A DNA stretch of 64,000 bases from Pyrobaculum sp. (lineage in GTDB: Archaea > Thermoproteota > Thermoprotei > Thermoproteales > Thermoproteaceae), in the NCBI GenBank assembly GCA_046293555.1, contig JBKBOT010000007.1, forward strand, positions 1-64,000, read 5' to 3'. The position numbers and the translations under genes were made by a program. Within the stretch, counting starts at the first letter, position 1. Every line of letters begins with the position of its first letter. Under the pieces are notes generated by a model, which worked only from the letters and a program-made list of their open reading frames with translations, did not search any database and was not told the DNA's origin. Shown here in pieces: positions 10,744 to 20,157 of this stretch.

Positions 10744-10792
10744 AGCCGCGAGAAGTCTCTTCACCACTCTGACAGTCCTGGAGACATCATTT
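10740..10792 (-). ncRNA. Box C/D guide sRNA candidate
   Basis: Minus strand reads ATGATGT-ctccaggactgt-CAGA-gtg-GTGAAGA-gacttctcgcgg-CTGA, with two 12-nt guides. Confidence 0.8.
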
Positions 10793-10815
10793 TTATATAA
10801 CATGTAGTTATCTCC

Positions 10816-11133
10816 ATGTTTAAAATTGACGAGATTTTAAAAAGGCTAGAGGAGATAGATAGAGTTATCAAAACAATTAATGAGACAAAAACAGAAGTAT
10901 CATTACATATAGATAATATTTCAAATAAATATAAAGAAGAGGTTATTAAAAAAATAGAGGAAATTATAAATCAAGCTGTTGAAAAATATAAAATAGAAAT
11001 TCTTGAAAACACCAAGAGAGAAATCGAAAAAATACATAGAGACGCCGAGGAAAAGATAGGGGATATCCTCGAGAAATACCAACAGAGAAAACAAGAGCTT
11101 GTCGACAGGGCGTTAGAGCTATTTAACATATGA
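10816..11133 (+). CDS. A-type ATP synthase peripheral stalk subunit H-like coiled-coil protein
   Basis: E/K-rich helical protein of 105 aa, coupled (ATGA) to subunit C. Confidence 0.7.
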   Translation: MFKIDEILKRLEEIDRVIKTINETKTEVSLHIDNISNKYKEEVIKKIEEIINQAVEKYKIEILENTKREIEKIHRDAEEKIGDILEKYQQRKQELVDRALELFNI

Positions 11134-12158
11134 CCTTTGTGGCCAAGAGGCCTTCTCTAGGGCCACGCGTCAGGGGGTTACGGATCAAAGAGCTGCCAAG
11201 AGACAAGCTTATCGCAATAGCCTACGCCAACACTCTAGACGAGCTTCTTAACACGCTAAAAACAGCATATGGGATAACGTTAGACAGACTCACAAAGGAG
11301 AATATTGGAGAGCTACGGGGTGAGCTCATAAAGATATATCTAGACAAAATCCGCTCCATATATCTGGGTTCAGACAAAGACGCAAAAGAGGTGGTATTGT
11401 CTTCCCTCAAGTTTTTTGAGTATGAGAACATACGTAATATAGCCATAGCCATAAGGGCTGGAAAAAGCCCAGATGACTTCGTCTTCTGGGCGCCGCTGGA
11501 ATTTACACGTAGGCGTCACATTGTGGCCAGCCTACTTGGCGTAAAAAACCTAGAGGACATGAGAGAGAGGTTGAGACAGTTAAAACACCCAGCCCACAGG
11601 GCCTTTGAGCTCGCGGCAAGATATGGGGAGGATAAACTCAGCATATTTGTCGACAGACAGTGGATTGAAGACTTCTCTAAAGCCACCATAGCCAAGAAAG
11701 ACAGGTCATTCCAAATGTTTACAGAAGACCTCAAGGAGTATTTCAACGTGTTAATTACCTTAAGGTCGCGGCTATGGGGTCTCTCTGAAGAAGTAGGCGA
11801 GCTTGTTGTGGGGAAGCCCACCCCGATGGTAACCTCAGCGGCTAAAGACCCCCCCGCGCGGTTTTTAGAAAACGCAACCTCTGTGCCTTGGGGCAGAGTC
11901 TTGGTCGACATTGTGGCAGAAATGCCGACGTTAGAAAACATAGCTATAGCCATGGATAATATATATCCCGCATATGTGAGAAAGCTGGCTGATACATACA
12001 TGGTAAAATTTTCAGAATTTTCGCTAGGCGCCCTGGCTGCCCGCCTGGAGTACATGCGGGCAGAAGTCATGGCGATAATTAGGGCGGCCTCACTAATAGC
12101 AGAGGGGGTGTCTCTAGAAAAAAGAAGAAAAATTTTCGAGGCGCTGGCTAGAGCTTAG
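11130..12158 (+). CDS. atpC: A/V-type ATP synthase subunit C (V0 d-like)
   Basis: PRVRGL, FEYENIRNI, LEYMRAEVMAI; ATP synthase gene context. Confidence 0.8.
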   Translation: MTFVAKRPSLGPRVRGLRIKELPRDKLIAIAYANTLDELLNTLKTAYGITLDRLTKENIGELRGELIKIYLDKIRSIYLGSDKDAKEVVLSSLKFFEYENIRNIAIAIRAGKSPDDFVFWAPLEFTRRRHIVASLLGVKNLEDMRERLRQLKHPAHRAFELAARYGEDKLSIFVDRQWIEDFSKATIAKKDRSFQMFTEDLKEYFNVLITLRSRLWGLSEEVGELVVGKPTPMVTSAAKDPPARFLENATSVPWGRVLVDIVAEMPTLENIAIAMDNIYPAYVRKLADTYMVKFSEFSLGALAARLEYMRAEVMAIIRAASLIAEGVSLEKRRKIFEALARA

Positions 12159-12424
12159 AAGATCAGCAGCAGGCTTATAAACAGGCCGTAGATGGCGATA
12201 GCCTCCGCCAGCGCTATGAATATTAGGTACCACACCTTCTCCTCTGGCTTTTCTATATATGCGGATATAGCCGCGGCGCCGGCTATGCCCACCCCTATGC
12301 CGGCGCCAAGTCCCGCCAGCCCTACTGCAAGCCCGGCCCCAATATATCTCGCCTCCCCTCCCGCGGCTTGCGCCATTGTAAACATCGCCAGTAATATAAC
12401 TGCAACAGCCGCAGCTTTGTACAT
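12155..12424 (-). CDS. atpK: A-type ATP synthase proteolipid subunit K/c with signal peptide
   Basis: GAGLAVGLAGLGAGIGVG, ALAEAIAIYG; a single hairpin. Confidence 0.95.
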   Translation of the reverse strand: MYKAAAVAVILLAMFTMAQAAGGEARYIGAGLAVGLAGLGAGIGVGIAGAAAISAYIEKPEEKVWYLIFIALAEAIAIYGLFISLLLIF

Positions 12425-12430
12425 AGATGG

Positions 12431-12589
12431 CTAACTTTCTAGATTTTTTAAATATTGACGTAACTCCTCTATCTTTCTGTCAATTATGGCTGTGGTGTTT
12501 TTCACCTCCTCCCTAATGTCGGCCATGGCTTTCTCAATTTCTTTTTCGATAAGCTCTTTAATAAACGCGTTGAGATCTCTTATAGACAT
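12431..12589 (-). CDS. 52-aa coiled-coil protein, putative small ATP synthase subunit (not in ORF track)
   Basis: Hand translation MSIRDLNAFIKELIEKEIEKAMADIREEVKNTTAIIDRKIEELRQYLKNLES; fills the atpD-atpK gap. Confidence 0.8.
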   Translation of the reverse strand: MSIRDLNAFIKELIEKEIEKAMADIREEVKNTTAIIDRKIEELRQYLKNLES

Positions 12590-12610
12590 GCCCTTCTTGA
12601 TTTTCTATAT

Positions 12611-13210
12611 TTAAATATATGACGTGATTATCTTCCTACGGATAAACTCCTCTCTCTCCCCTTCTTCTAGCGCCAGAGATATAAACTGCATGTTTTCTAA
12701 AATCCGTGGAATTATGACGTAATCTATGGCGTTTATCATCCTTTGGTATTCCCGCACCCTGTTTAGAAGAGTGTAGAAAAGAGTTTCTTTTTCTGCAAAG
12801 TCTATAAGCTTCTTTAATAGCTCTCTCATTTTTGTTAACGCCACGTCTAGCTCAGCCGCCTCAGAGGCCAGACTGTAGATAGGGTAGGTTACATAGTTAG
12901 ACACCTCAAGCCCCACATAGTTTTCTCTAGCGACAAGCTCCACCCTCACGGTTTTTGGAGTTAACTCCGCCAGACTCTCTATTCTATCTATGCCAGATTT
13001 AGCCACAGCCGCCCTGAAGTTTTCAGACACCTCTAAAAAGCCCTCGGCAATCTCACGCCTTAATTTTTCCAAATCTGTAATTAACACTCTTATCCTCTGG
13101 ATTGTGGAGTTTCTAGCGTCTTCTAGCGTTTTTCTAATTCTTTTGAATAAAGCCATTTGTCTCCTTAGACGTATTAACACAAGCCTTGAGGGCGGCGGCC
13201 TAGTGGACAC
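12611..13210 (-). CDS. atpD: A-type ATP synthase subunit D
   Basis: PSRLVLIRLRRQ; QRMINAIDYVIIP...LEEGEREEFIRRK. Confidence 0.9.
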   Translation of the reverse strand: MSTRPPPSRLVLIRLRRQMALFKRIRKTLEDARNSTIQRIRVLITDLEKLRREIAEGFLEVSENFRAAVAKSGIDRIESLAELTPKTVRVELVARENYVGLEVSNYVTYPIYSLASEAAELDVALTKMRELLKKLIDFAEKETLFYTLLNRVREYQRMINAIDYVIIPRILENMQFISLALEEGEREEFIRRKIITSYI

Positions 13211-13257
13211 AGATGGTGGCTCTCTACATTTTTTAAATATTTACCACATGCCCCAAT

Positions 13258-14034
13258 GTGAGGGAGACCTGGAGACTAGTGCGGAAAGTCCTAGAAGATG
13301 GAGACTTGGCGTTAGAAGTAATAGATGCGAGAGACCCGGCTGCGACCAGAGTGGAGGAGGTAGAAAAGCTATCTGACAGACTAGGCAAGCGGCTACTGGT
13401 GGTGATAAACAAGGCTGATCTCGTGGAGAGAGCGGTCTTAGAAAAGTGGAGGGCATATATCAAAAGCCTAGGCCGCGAGGCTGTATACATTAGCGCAAAA
13501 CACAGGCTAGGCACCAGAAGGCTGGTGGCGGCAATTAGGTCTCTCGCCCCCAGGATACCTACAAAAGTGGTGGTGGTGGGGTATCCAAACGTGGGGAAGT
13601 CCACAGTAATAAATTACCTCAGGGGGAGACACGTGGTGTCTACAAGCCCAAAGCCCGGATGGACCAAGGGGGAGCAGTTGGTAAGGGCGAAAAGCTGGCT
13701 TTTAGTCCTAGACACCCCTGGAATAGTCAAGGCTGCCCCCTCCGGGGAGCTTGACCTCGACGTGATTAGAGGCCTTGTGGATCCCGGAACTGTGGAGGAC
13801 CCAGTTCCCTACGCCTATGCGTTACTAAAGCGGGTGGTTAAATATAACCCCTCGGCTCTGTTTGAAGCCTACGGCGTGGGGTGCGCCGTGGAGGAGGCCC
13901 TCGAGGTGGTGGGAAAGACGAGAGGCATGTTGTTAAAAGGAGGCAAGGTGGATATAGATAGGGTAGCTAGGACGATACTTAAAGACTGGGCTGCGGGCAG
14001 ACTTAAGTACTCCATCCCGCCTCCTAACCTATAA
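13258..14034 (+). CDS. Circularly permuted YlqF/RbgA-family GTPase
   Basis: DARDP, NKADL, SAK, GYPNVGKS, DTPG in permuted order. Confidence 0.93.
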   Translation: MRETWRLVRKVLEDGDLALEVIDARDPAATRVEEVEKLSDRLGKRLLVVINKADLVERAVLEKWRAYIKSLGREAVYISAKHRLGTRRLVAAIRSLAPRIPTKVVVVGYPNVGKSTVINYLRGRHVVSTSPKPGWTKGEQLVRAKSWLLVLDTPGIVKAAPSGELDLDVIRGLVDPGTVEDPVPYAYALLKRVVKYNPSALFEAYGVGCAVEEALEVVGKTRGMLLKGGKVDIDRVARTILKDWAAGRLKYSIPPPNL

Positions 14035-14056
14035 ATAGGAGACCTTATTTTACACA

Positions 14057-14551
14057 ATGCTACTAGTCGTACTGGCCGTGGTTCTTACAATCCTCATCAC
14101 GGCTGTAGAGCCTTTTGTCACCCCGCTATACGCCACAGACTTTGTAAAAATTGGAAATTTTAAAATCACCGTAGGAGATAAAGACTATAGGTATGTTGAA
14201 CTCCCTTGGCCTCAGGCAGTAATTACGGCAATGGCGTTAATAGCCCTGTCTCTATATCTAGAGGCCTCACGACGTTTCTGTGGGTGGGGGAGATGTCTAA
14301 AGGCGACCTCACGTGGCTTAGAGATAGCTATAGCCATTGTCGCAATTCTCCACGCGTCGCCACTTCCATACATCTTTGTCACAAGTCACGACGTCGTTAT
14401 CGTGTTTAGTAATTATGCCAGGTATTTCTCACTGCCGTTATTCGCCCTGGCGTTATTTATCGCAATTTCTGAAAGACTGTTGGCAGCCCCAAATAGGGCT
14501 AGAGTACTTGCAGATCTATCTACCACGGAGGAGAAGACCTTAAAGACGTGA
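14057..14551 (+). CDS. Hypothetical integral membrane protein
   Basis: About four hydrophobic segments. Confidence 0.7.
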   Translation: MLLVVLAVVLTILITAVEPFVTPLYATDFVKIGNFKITVGDKDYRYVELPWPQAVITAMALIALSLYLEASRRFCGWGRCLKATSRGLEIAIAIVAILHASPLPYIFVTSHDVVIVFSNYARYFSLPLFALALFIAISERLLAAPNRARVLADLSTTEEKTLKT

Positions 14552-14805
14552 TTAGATGTTTTTTCTGTACTAAAAAAATTGATACTTATAACATAGCGAG
14601 CTTGAAAGTAGAGCTTTCGTTAAATATATATGTATATATATGTAATGACTGTCTAATAAAGTATAACAACTTTATCCTTGAAGTTATTAAAAGAGGTGAG
14701 AAAATCCCCTATCTTCTCTATAGAAACTATAGGAACTCTGTTAGAAATAAGGCTGACGCCAGTAGATATCACAAGAGGCACCACAAGGGGGGCAAAGGCA
14801 AGTAG
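14548..14805 (+). CDS. Possible small zinc-finger protein
   Basis: CFFC...CNDC; GTGA-coupled start; the 3' half overlaps the opposite-strand nuclease. Confidence 0.4.
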   Translation: MIRCFFCTKKIDTYNIASLKVELSLNIYVYICNDCLIKYNNFILEVIKRGEKIPYLLYRNYRNSVRNKADASRYHKRHHKGGKGK

Positions 14806-15210
14806 CCAAGAGAGACATCGCCGCGTTTTTTCCAGGTGGGAAGCCGCCACCTCTCTCCACGCGCCACTTTTCCACTTCTTTGCCTCTACTACATATACAA
14901 CTTGTCGATTCCAAGCCACCACGTCGAACTCAGCCCCCCCGCCGCAATTTAGCCTCAAGTTACTAACCACGTTGAAGCCAAACTCTATAAACACATTTCT
15001 TATAAACTCCTCAAACTCGCGCCAGTCTAGATACTTGGCGTAGTCTATTACGTCGATTCCACACTTTAACGCCTTGTAGAGCACATACCCCCTAGAGGGG
15101 GGCTCTCTCTCTGAGATAAGACCCAGCTCTTTTAGACATTGAAACGCAGAGTGGTCTCCAGAGATATAACTCTTCACACAGAGGCGTAGAGACTGGCGTC
15201 TTGACGACAC
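14653..15210 (-). CDS. PD-(D/E)xK nuclease (Mrr/NERD-like)
   Basis: LDWREFEE, EFDVVA, VEAKKW. Confidence 0.82.
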   Translation of the reverse strand: MSSRRQSLRLCVKSYISGDHSAFQCLKELGLISEREPPSRGYVLYKALKCGIDVIDYAKYLDWREFEEFIRNVFIEFGFNVVSNLRLNCGGGAEFDVVAWNRQVVYVVEAKKWKSGAWREVAASHLEKTRRCLSWLLAFAPLVVPLVISTGVSLISNRVPIVSIEKIGDFLTSFNNFKDKVVILY

Positions 15211-15259
15211 GGCTAATATCCACAGATATTTAAGTACATATAACCCCCAGCCAGTTTCT

Positions 15260-15312
15260 CTTGTGATGAATATAGCTGTTGGATTACGTGACAGAGGTCC
15301 AAAGCGCTGACT
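15260..15312 (+). ncRNA. Box C/D guide sRNA candidate
   Basis: C GTGATGA 15263, D CTGA 15307, degenerate D' TGGA and C' GTGACAG; intergenic. Confidence 0.65.
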
Positions 15313-15352
15313 TGCGGCACCACAACTTTTATACTACAGACAAGCCAACGCC

Positions 15353-16729
15353 GTGAGGTGTGCTTCTGTAACTCACTGCGAGCCGCAAGCCTCACGTGAG
15401 GAGGAGCTAGATGTAGACGTGCTTATAGTAGGCGGAGGGCTGGGGGGATTGGCCGCAGCGTTAGAGCTGAGGAGATATGGCTACAGCCCGAAGATCGTCC
15501 ATTTGGGCATGTTGGGAGGTCACCACGTCCTGGGCGACGCCCCTAGATATACGGAGGTAGATATACAGGGTCTCGTCAACAGGGCCAGAGAGCTAGATAT
15601 CTCCTACGGCTTTTTCGACGGCTTTTATATCTACAGCGGCGACGTGAGATATAGGGCTAGGTATAGACACCTGATATTAGCCACAGGCGGCGTGGATATC
15701 CCCATCACATTTCCTCAAAGCCTCAAGGCGCCTCAGAAAGCCGCAGAGGAGGTGCTGACAGAGCCGCCTAGCGGCCTGAATGTCGTCGTTTGGGGCACCA
15801 CAGAGTGGGGTCTCAGAACTGCGCTTAGCTTAAAGAGAGACAACGAGGTGGTGGTGTTGGACAATTCTGCATATTTAAGAGACGTGAAGTACTACGAGAA
15901 GGTAAGACCGAAGCTAGATATAACGACCTCTGTAAGGCTGCTGAAATACGACGGCGGGCTGGCGTATGAAGTCATTACTGAAAAAGGCAGGGAGACAAGT
16001 AGGCTTAAGGTAGACCTAATAGTCTCTACAGTAAGGATAGCTAACCCCCTAGCGGCCACGAGGCTAGGCTTTAGAGTTTTCTACAGCTTTGAGCTCAACT
16101 CTCTAGTTCCCAGAAGGAGCAACTATGGCGAGCTCCTAACTGTAGAGAAGTCAGGCAGGTCTGTAGGAGGGAGCAATGTGTACGCCACAGGACATCTCTA
16201 CGGGGCGTTAAGGGAAAGCCATATAGTAGAACAGGGAAAACTTCTGGCGGCATATATAGCCTCAAAAGACGGCGTGGAGAGTTTAGACAAGACGAAAGAA
16301 CTTCTAGATAAATACTTGGTGCAACTCACCATAGAGGCCAACTGGCTTTACAACCTGGGGAACAGGCTGGAGAGGGGTACTGACGACACTGGCCGATACG
16401 TGGAGCCTAACGTCATCGATGTGCCTCACTGGGCCTCCTTTTGGCCTCAGATAGATGAGGTAGAGGACTTTGTGATATGTCCATGTGATGGCACCACGCT
16501 AGGGAGATACCTAGAGGAAGTCAAGAAGCTAAACAGGAGAGAGGTGAAAATAAGGATAACACACGATGAGACCGACGCCTTGAGGCAACTTAACCTCCCC
16601 AAACTTGTCTTCACCTCCACATGTGGGGAGACCGTATGTATGCCATATGCCGCCATAATTTTAGGCGCGGTGTTGGCACAAAAGCCGTCTTACTTCCTTT
16701 ACGGCAAGCCGCAAATGCTCTACGCCTAG
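15353..16729 (+). CDS. FAD-dependent oxidoreductase, sarcosine oxidase/proline dehydrogenase alpha-like
   Basis: VLIVGGGLGGLAAA, LILATG, NVYATG, C-terminal ICPCDG...TCGETVC. Confidence 0.8.
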   Translation: MRCASVTHCEPQASREEELDVDVLIVGGGLGGLAAALELRRYGYSPKIVHLGMLGGHHVLGDAPRYTEVDIQGLVNRARELDISYGFFDGFYIYSGDVRYRARYRHLILATGGVDIPITFPQSLKAPQKAAEEVLTEPPSGLNVVVWGTTEWGLRTALSLKRDNEVVVLDNSAYLRDVKYYEKVRPKLDITTSVRLLKYDGGLAYEVITEKGRETSRLKVDLIVSTVRIANPLAATRLGFRVFYSFELNSLVPRRSNYGELLTVEKSGRSVGGSNVYATGHLYGALRESHIVEQGKLLAAYIASKDGVESLDKTKELLDKYLVQLTIEANWLYNLGNRLERGTDDTGRYVEPNVIDVPHWASFWPQIDEVEDFVICPCDGTTLGRYLEEVKKLNRREVKIRITHDETDALRQLNLPKLVFTSTCGETVCMPYAAIILGAVLAQKPSYFLYGKPQMLYA

Positions 16730-16737
16730 ATGCCGAG

Positions 16738-18018
16738 TTACGGCAGTAGCTGGCTGAGTAGTTTTTTTAACTCATCTATTCCCTCCCTTGTATACGACTC
16801 AATCTTTACCCTCACCACCGGTTCTGTGTTGCTAGGCCTAATTAGGAGCCTGCCCCCGCCCGTCCTTATATCTACGCCGTCTAGCTCGTAGTATTCAAGC
16901 CCCCTGGCCTTTGTCTTTATGGCCTCCACAGCCCTTCTGGGGTCTCCAGACCGTATGTCCACCCTTTCTTCATATACACGGGGGGCCTCCTCTAGCACCT
17001 TGTCTAGAGTGGTGTGTGACAACACAGAGAGGATTTTCAAGGCGGCGTATATCCCGTCGTCAAAATAGTTATGTTCCTTAAAGCCTATGTGCCCGCTGTA
17101 TTCAGCCCAAAAGAGGGCGTTAGCCCTAACGGCGGTGGGCTTCTGGAAGCTATGGCCGACCCTCTGCCTAACTATCCTCACCCCCCTCTCCTCGGCGGTT
17201 TTTTCTAGATATAGCGGCATGGTGACGTCGAGAACCACCACGTCGCCAGGCTTGGCGTAATAGTTAAGCAGGGCGTAAACCATCTTCTCCGGCCTGAAAA
17301 TCCTGCCTTGCGCCGTGACGAGACCTAGGCGGTCACAATCGCCGTCTAGAGCTATGCCGGCATCTAGGCGGCTATCTGCCACAAGGCTTTGGAGTTGCCG
17401 CAAGTTCTCCGCCTTTTCTGGATCTGGCAGATGTGCGGGAAAACGGCCGTCGGGGAGGTGGTTTATAGCCACCACCCTTTTAAACACCCGTTCCAACAGG
17501 GGGGTAAGTATGACGCCAGCCGCGTTGGCTGGGTCGAACCCTATGGATACATCCATCCTGCCGAACCTCTCTGATAGATAGTCCACATATTTAGACAAGA
17601 CTTCCTGCACGTAGACAACTCCACGTCTTGTCTGAGGCGGCTTTTTTAACATAGAGGCTAACATCTGGATCTCGTGACTCTCCAGGTCAAGTCCCCCACG
17701 CCTCATGACCTTCATGCCGTTGTACTCTGGGGGGTTATGAGAGGCTGTAATCATGACTGCCGGCTTGTCTAAAATATGGGAGGCATAGTGGGTGATGGGG
17801 GTGGTGGAGGTGCCGATAAAGATAACGTTGCCTCCCGCAAGTAGGCCTCTAGACAGAGCCTCCGCGATTTTAAAGGAGTGGCTCCTTACGTCTATCCCCA
17901 CAACGACGTCGTCGCCTTCAAAAAACTGGGCGAGGGCGTAGCCGATCTCCTCCACAAGGCCCTCTGTGAGCTCTATGTCGACAACCCCACGTATGTCATA
18001 CGCCTTAAATACAGACAT
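16738..18018 (-). CDS. Phosphomannomutase/phosphoglucomutase
   Basis: FKAYDIRG, ITASHNPPEYNG, DGDCDR, RPSNTEP. Confidence 0.95.
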   Translation of the reverse strand: MSVFKAYDIRGVVDIELTEGLVEEIGYALAQFFEGDDVVVGIDVRSHSFKIAEALSRGLLAGGNVIFIGTSTTPITHYASHILDKPAVMITASHNPPEYNGMKVMRRGGLDLESHEIQMLASMLKKPPQTRRGVVYVQEVLSKYVDYLSERFGRMDVSIGFDPANAAGVILTPLLERVFKRVVAINHLPDGRFPAHLPDPEKAENLRQLQSLVADSRLDAGIALDGDCDRLGLVTAQGRIFRPEKMVYALLNYYAKPGDVVVLDVTMPLYLEKTAEERGVRIVRQRVGHSFQKPTAVRANALFWAEYSGHIGFKEHNYFDDGIYAALKILSVLSHTTLDKVLEEAPRVYEERVDIRSGDPRRAVEAIKTKARGLEYYELDGVDIRTGGGRLLIRPSNTEPVVRVKIESYTREGIDELKKLLSQLLP

Positions 18019-18038
18019 GTCTCTAAAATTGTGTGAAT

Positions 18039-18638
18039 TTAAATTTCTGTAAAACAGGTGGGCCTATAGTGGGCCCACTGAGAGACTCTAGCCAGATCTT
18101 CAAGCACATATCTCCCCACAATCTCAAAGTCGGCGCCTGCCCTAATGGCGCCGCCCGGCGCGCCGCCTTGAGGGCCTATGCCCGGCGATATGACCCTATA
18201 TCTACATCCCAGCTCCCTACGTGCCTTAGTTATAACCTCAGGCTGGTTGCCTGGTAGCACCACGCCTCTGACGTCACCCGTTTTTTCTAACAGCTGTTCC
18301 CAAACCCCGTCGTACATAGTCTCTACGGTCATTTTTAGCAATATGTATATATGTGGGCCCCGGGGGATGGAGGGGTATAAGAAGCCGTGGATAATTACAC
18401 AACAGGCGCCATGTCTGACAAGCTTCTCGATTACCCTATTTGAGACATGGGGGATGTCCGCAATTTTTATATCTACAATAACCTTCCCAAATCTCGAGAT
18501 CTCGCTGACAGTAGACACGCCGCCTTCAAGTATGAGATCCCACCCCACCTTATACCCCGCCACAAGATCTCTCAGGCGTCTTGCCACATCTAGCGCCTTC
18601 AACACGTCTGTATCTAGGGCCACGACGAGTGGGGTCAC
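18039..18638 (-). CDS. pyrF: Orotidine 5'-phosphate decarboxylase
   Basis: VALD, DIKIADIP, SPGIGPQG, IVGR. Confidence 0.93.
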   Translation of the reverse strand: MTPLVVALDTDVLKALDVARRLRDLVAGYKVGWDLILEGGVSTVSEISRFGKVIVDIKIADIPHVSNRVIEKLVRHGACCVIIHGFLYPSIPRGPHIYILLKMTVETMYDGVWEQLLEKTGDVRGVVLPGNQPEVITKARRELGCRYRVISPGIGPQGGAPGGAIRAGADFEIVGRYVLEDLARVSQWAHYRPTCFTEI

Positions 18639-18673
18639 ATCTCAATTTTTTTAATAGTTAATAACTTCCACAC

Positions 18674-19585
18674 GTGTGGCGTAAGAGAGATGTAATATCT
18701 GCAAGAGATTTTTCTCGAGGAGAGCTAGAAGAGCTTTTTGAAACCACGAGATATATGGAAAAATATGCGAAATCCCGCGTAGATTTTCTTAAAGGCAGAA
18801 TTATGGCTTTAGCCTTTTTCGAGCCTTCTACAAGAACGAGGCTGAGCTTTGAGGTAGCCATGAGGCGGCTAGGTGGCGATGTGGTGGGCTTTTGGGGGCC
18901 AGAGGGCACAAGCGTGGAGAAAGGCGAGACTCTGGCAGATACCATAAGGATGCTCGACGCCTATTCTGACATCATCGTGATTAGACATAGATACGAGGGC
19001 GCGGCGAGACTTGCCGCAGAGGTGGCAGAAAGCCCTGTGGTAAACGCAGGCGATGGGGGCTTTAACCACCCCACACAAGCCATGTTGGACGTCTACACCA
19101 TCTGGAGAGAGCTGGAGACTGTGGACAGGCTAAATATCGGCATTATGGGCGACTTGAGACACGCCCGTGCGGTCAACAGCCTTCTCGAAATCCTCACAAA
19201 CTTTAGCCCCAGTATTTACCTAATATCGCCAGAGTTCTTAAAGCCAAGAGCTGAGGTTCTCGACTATATCCACTCTAGAGGCGTGAGGCTTAGCTTTCAC
19301 CACAGCCTAGACGAGATTCTCCACGAGCTAGACGTGCTGTATGTAGTGAGGATACAAAAAGAGAGGTTTTTAGACCCTCTAGAATATGAGAGGGTAAAGG
19401 GCAGCTATAAGATAACTCTCGAGACGTTAAAAAACGCGAAAAAAAGCCTCGTCGTGTTACACCCACTGCCTAGAGTAGACGAGATAGACCACAGGGTTGA
19501 CCAAACGCCGCACGCCAGGTATTTCAAACAGGCGGCATTTGGCGTGCCGTTAAGAATGGCACTTATATACCTCATCTTGTCTTAA
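18674..19585 (+). CDS. pyrB: Aspartate carbamoyltransferase catalytic subunit
   Basis: [23 protein letters not shown]. Confidence 0.97.
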   Translation: MWRKRDVISARDFSRGELEELFETTRYMEKYAKSRVDFLKGRIMALAFFEPSTRTRLSFEVAMRRLGGDVVGFWGPEGTSVEKGETLADTIRMLDAYSDIIVIRHRYEGAARLAAEVAESPVVNAGDGGFNHPTQAMLDVYTIWRELETVDRLNIGIMGDLRHARAVNSLLEILTNFSPSIYLISPEFLKPRAEVLDYIHSRGVRLSFHHSLDEILHELDVLYVVRIQKERFLDPLEYERVKGSYKITLETLKNAKKSLVVLHPLPRVDEIDHRVDQTPHARYFKQAAFGVPLRMALIYLILS

Positions 19586-19587
19586 CC

Positions 19588-20118
19588 ATGATTGTCGACG
19601 TTAAGACAGAAGGTGTGCAGAGGCTTGTGGGGAAAGACGGGAAGACAATATACATAATACGGGAGGCCGCCCTAAAAGACCTAGAGGACGTAATTAAGAT
19701 AAATAAGGCGGTCCTCCCCGAGAACTACCCCACCTGGTTTTTTGTAGAACATTTTGAACAATACCCGAAGGCCTTTATTGTCGCCGAGATAGAGAACAAG
19801 ATCGTGGGTTACGTGATGTCGCGGGTGGAATATGGGTGGGGCAACTTGGCCAGGGGGAAGCCGGTGAGAAAAGGCCATGTGGTGTCTGTAGGCGTCTTGC
19901 CTGAAGCCAGGAGGTTAGGAATTGCCACAGCCATGTTGTCTAGGTCTATGAAGGCAATGAAGACATACTACGGCGCCGTGGAGGTATACCTAGAGGTACG
20001 TGTCTCCAACACCCCCGCCATCTCTCTCTACGAGAAGCTAGGCTATAGGGTGGTGGGGAGGGTGCCTAGATACTACAGCGATGGGGAAGATGCATACATA
20101 ATGGCCTGTCCACTATAG
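19588..20118 (+). CDS. Ard1/RimI-type protein N-acetyltransferase
   Basis: LPENY, GHVVSVGV, RRLGIA, LEVRVSN, YYSDGEDA. Confidence 0.93.
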   Translation: MIVDVKTEGVQRLVGKDGKTIYIIREAALKDLEDVIKINKAVLPENYPTWFFVEHFEQYPKAFIVAEIENKIVGYVMSRVEYGWGNLARGKPVRKGHVVSVGVLPEARRLGIATAMLSRSMKAMKTYYGAVEVYLEVRVSNTPAISLYEKLGYRVVGRVPRYYSDGEDAYIMACPL

Positions 20119-20157
20119 CCTACAGTAAAAAATAATAAGGAGGGGATAGTAAAGAGT

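Noticed and set aside
14050-14100. Minus-strand GTGATGA box C
   Set aside because: No correctly spaced CTGA and it lies inside a CDS
15266-15352. In-frame ATG ORF MNIAVGLRDRGPKR-TGA upstream of the oxidoreductase (readthrough or selenocysteine?)
   Set aside because: ATG and TGA coincide with the C and D boxes, and a TATA near 15326 supports a leaderless GTG start
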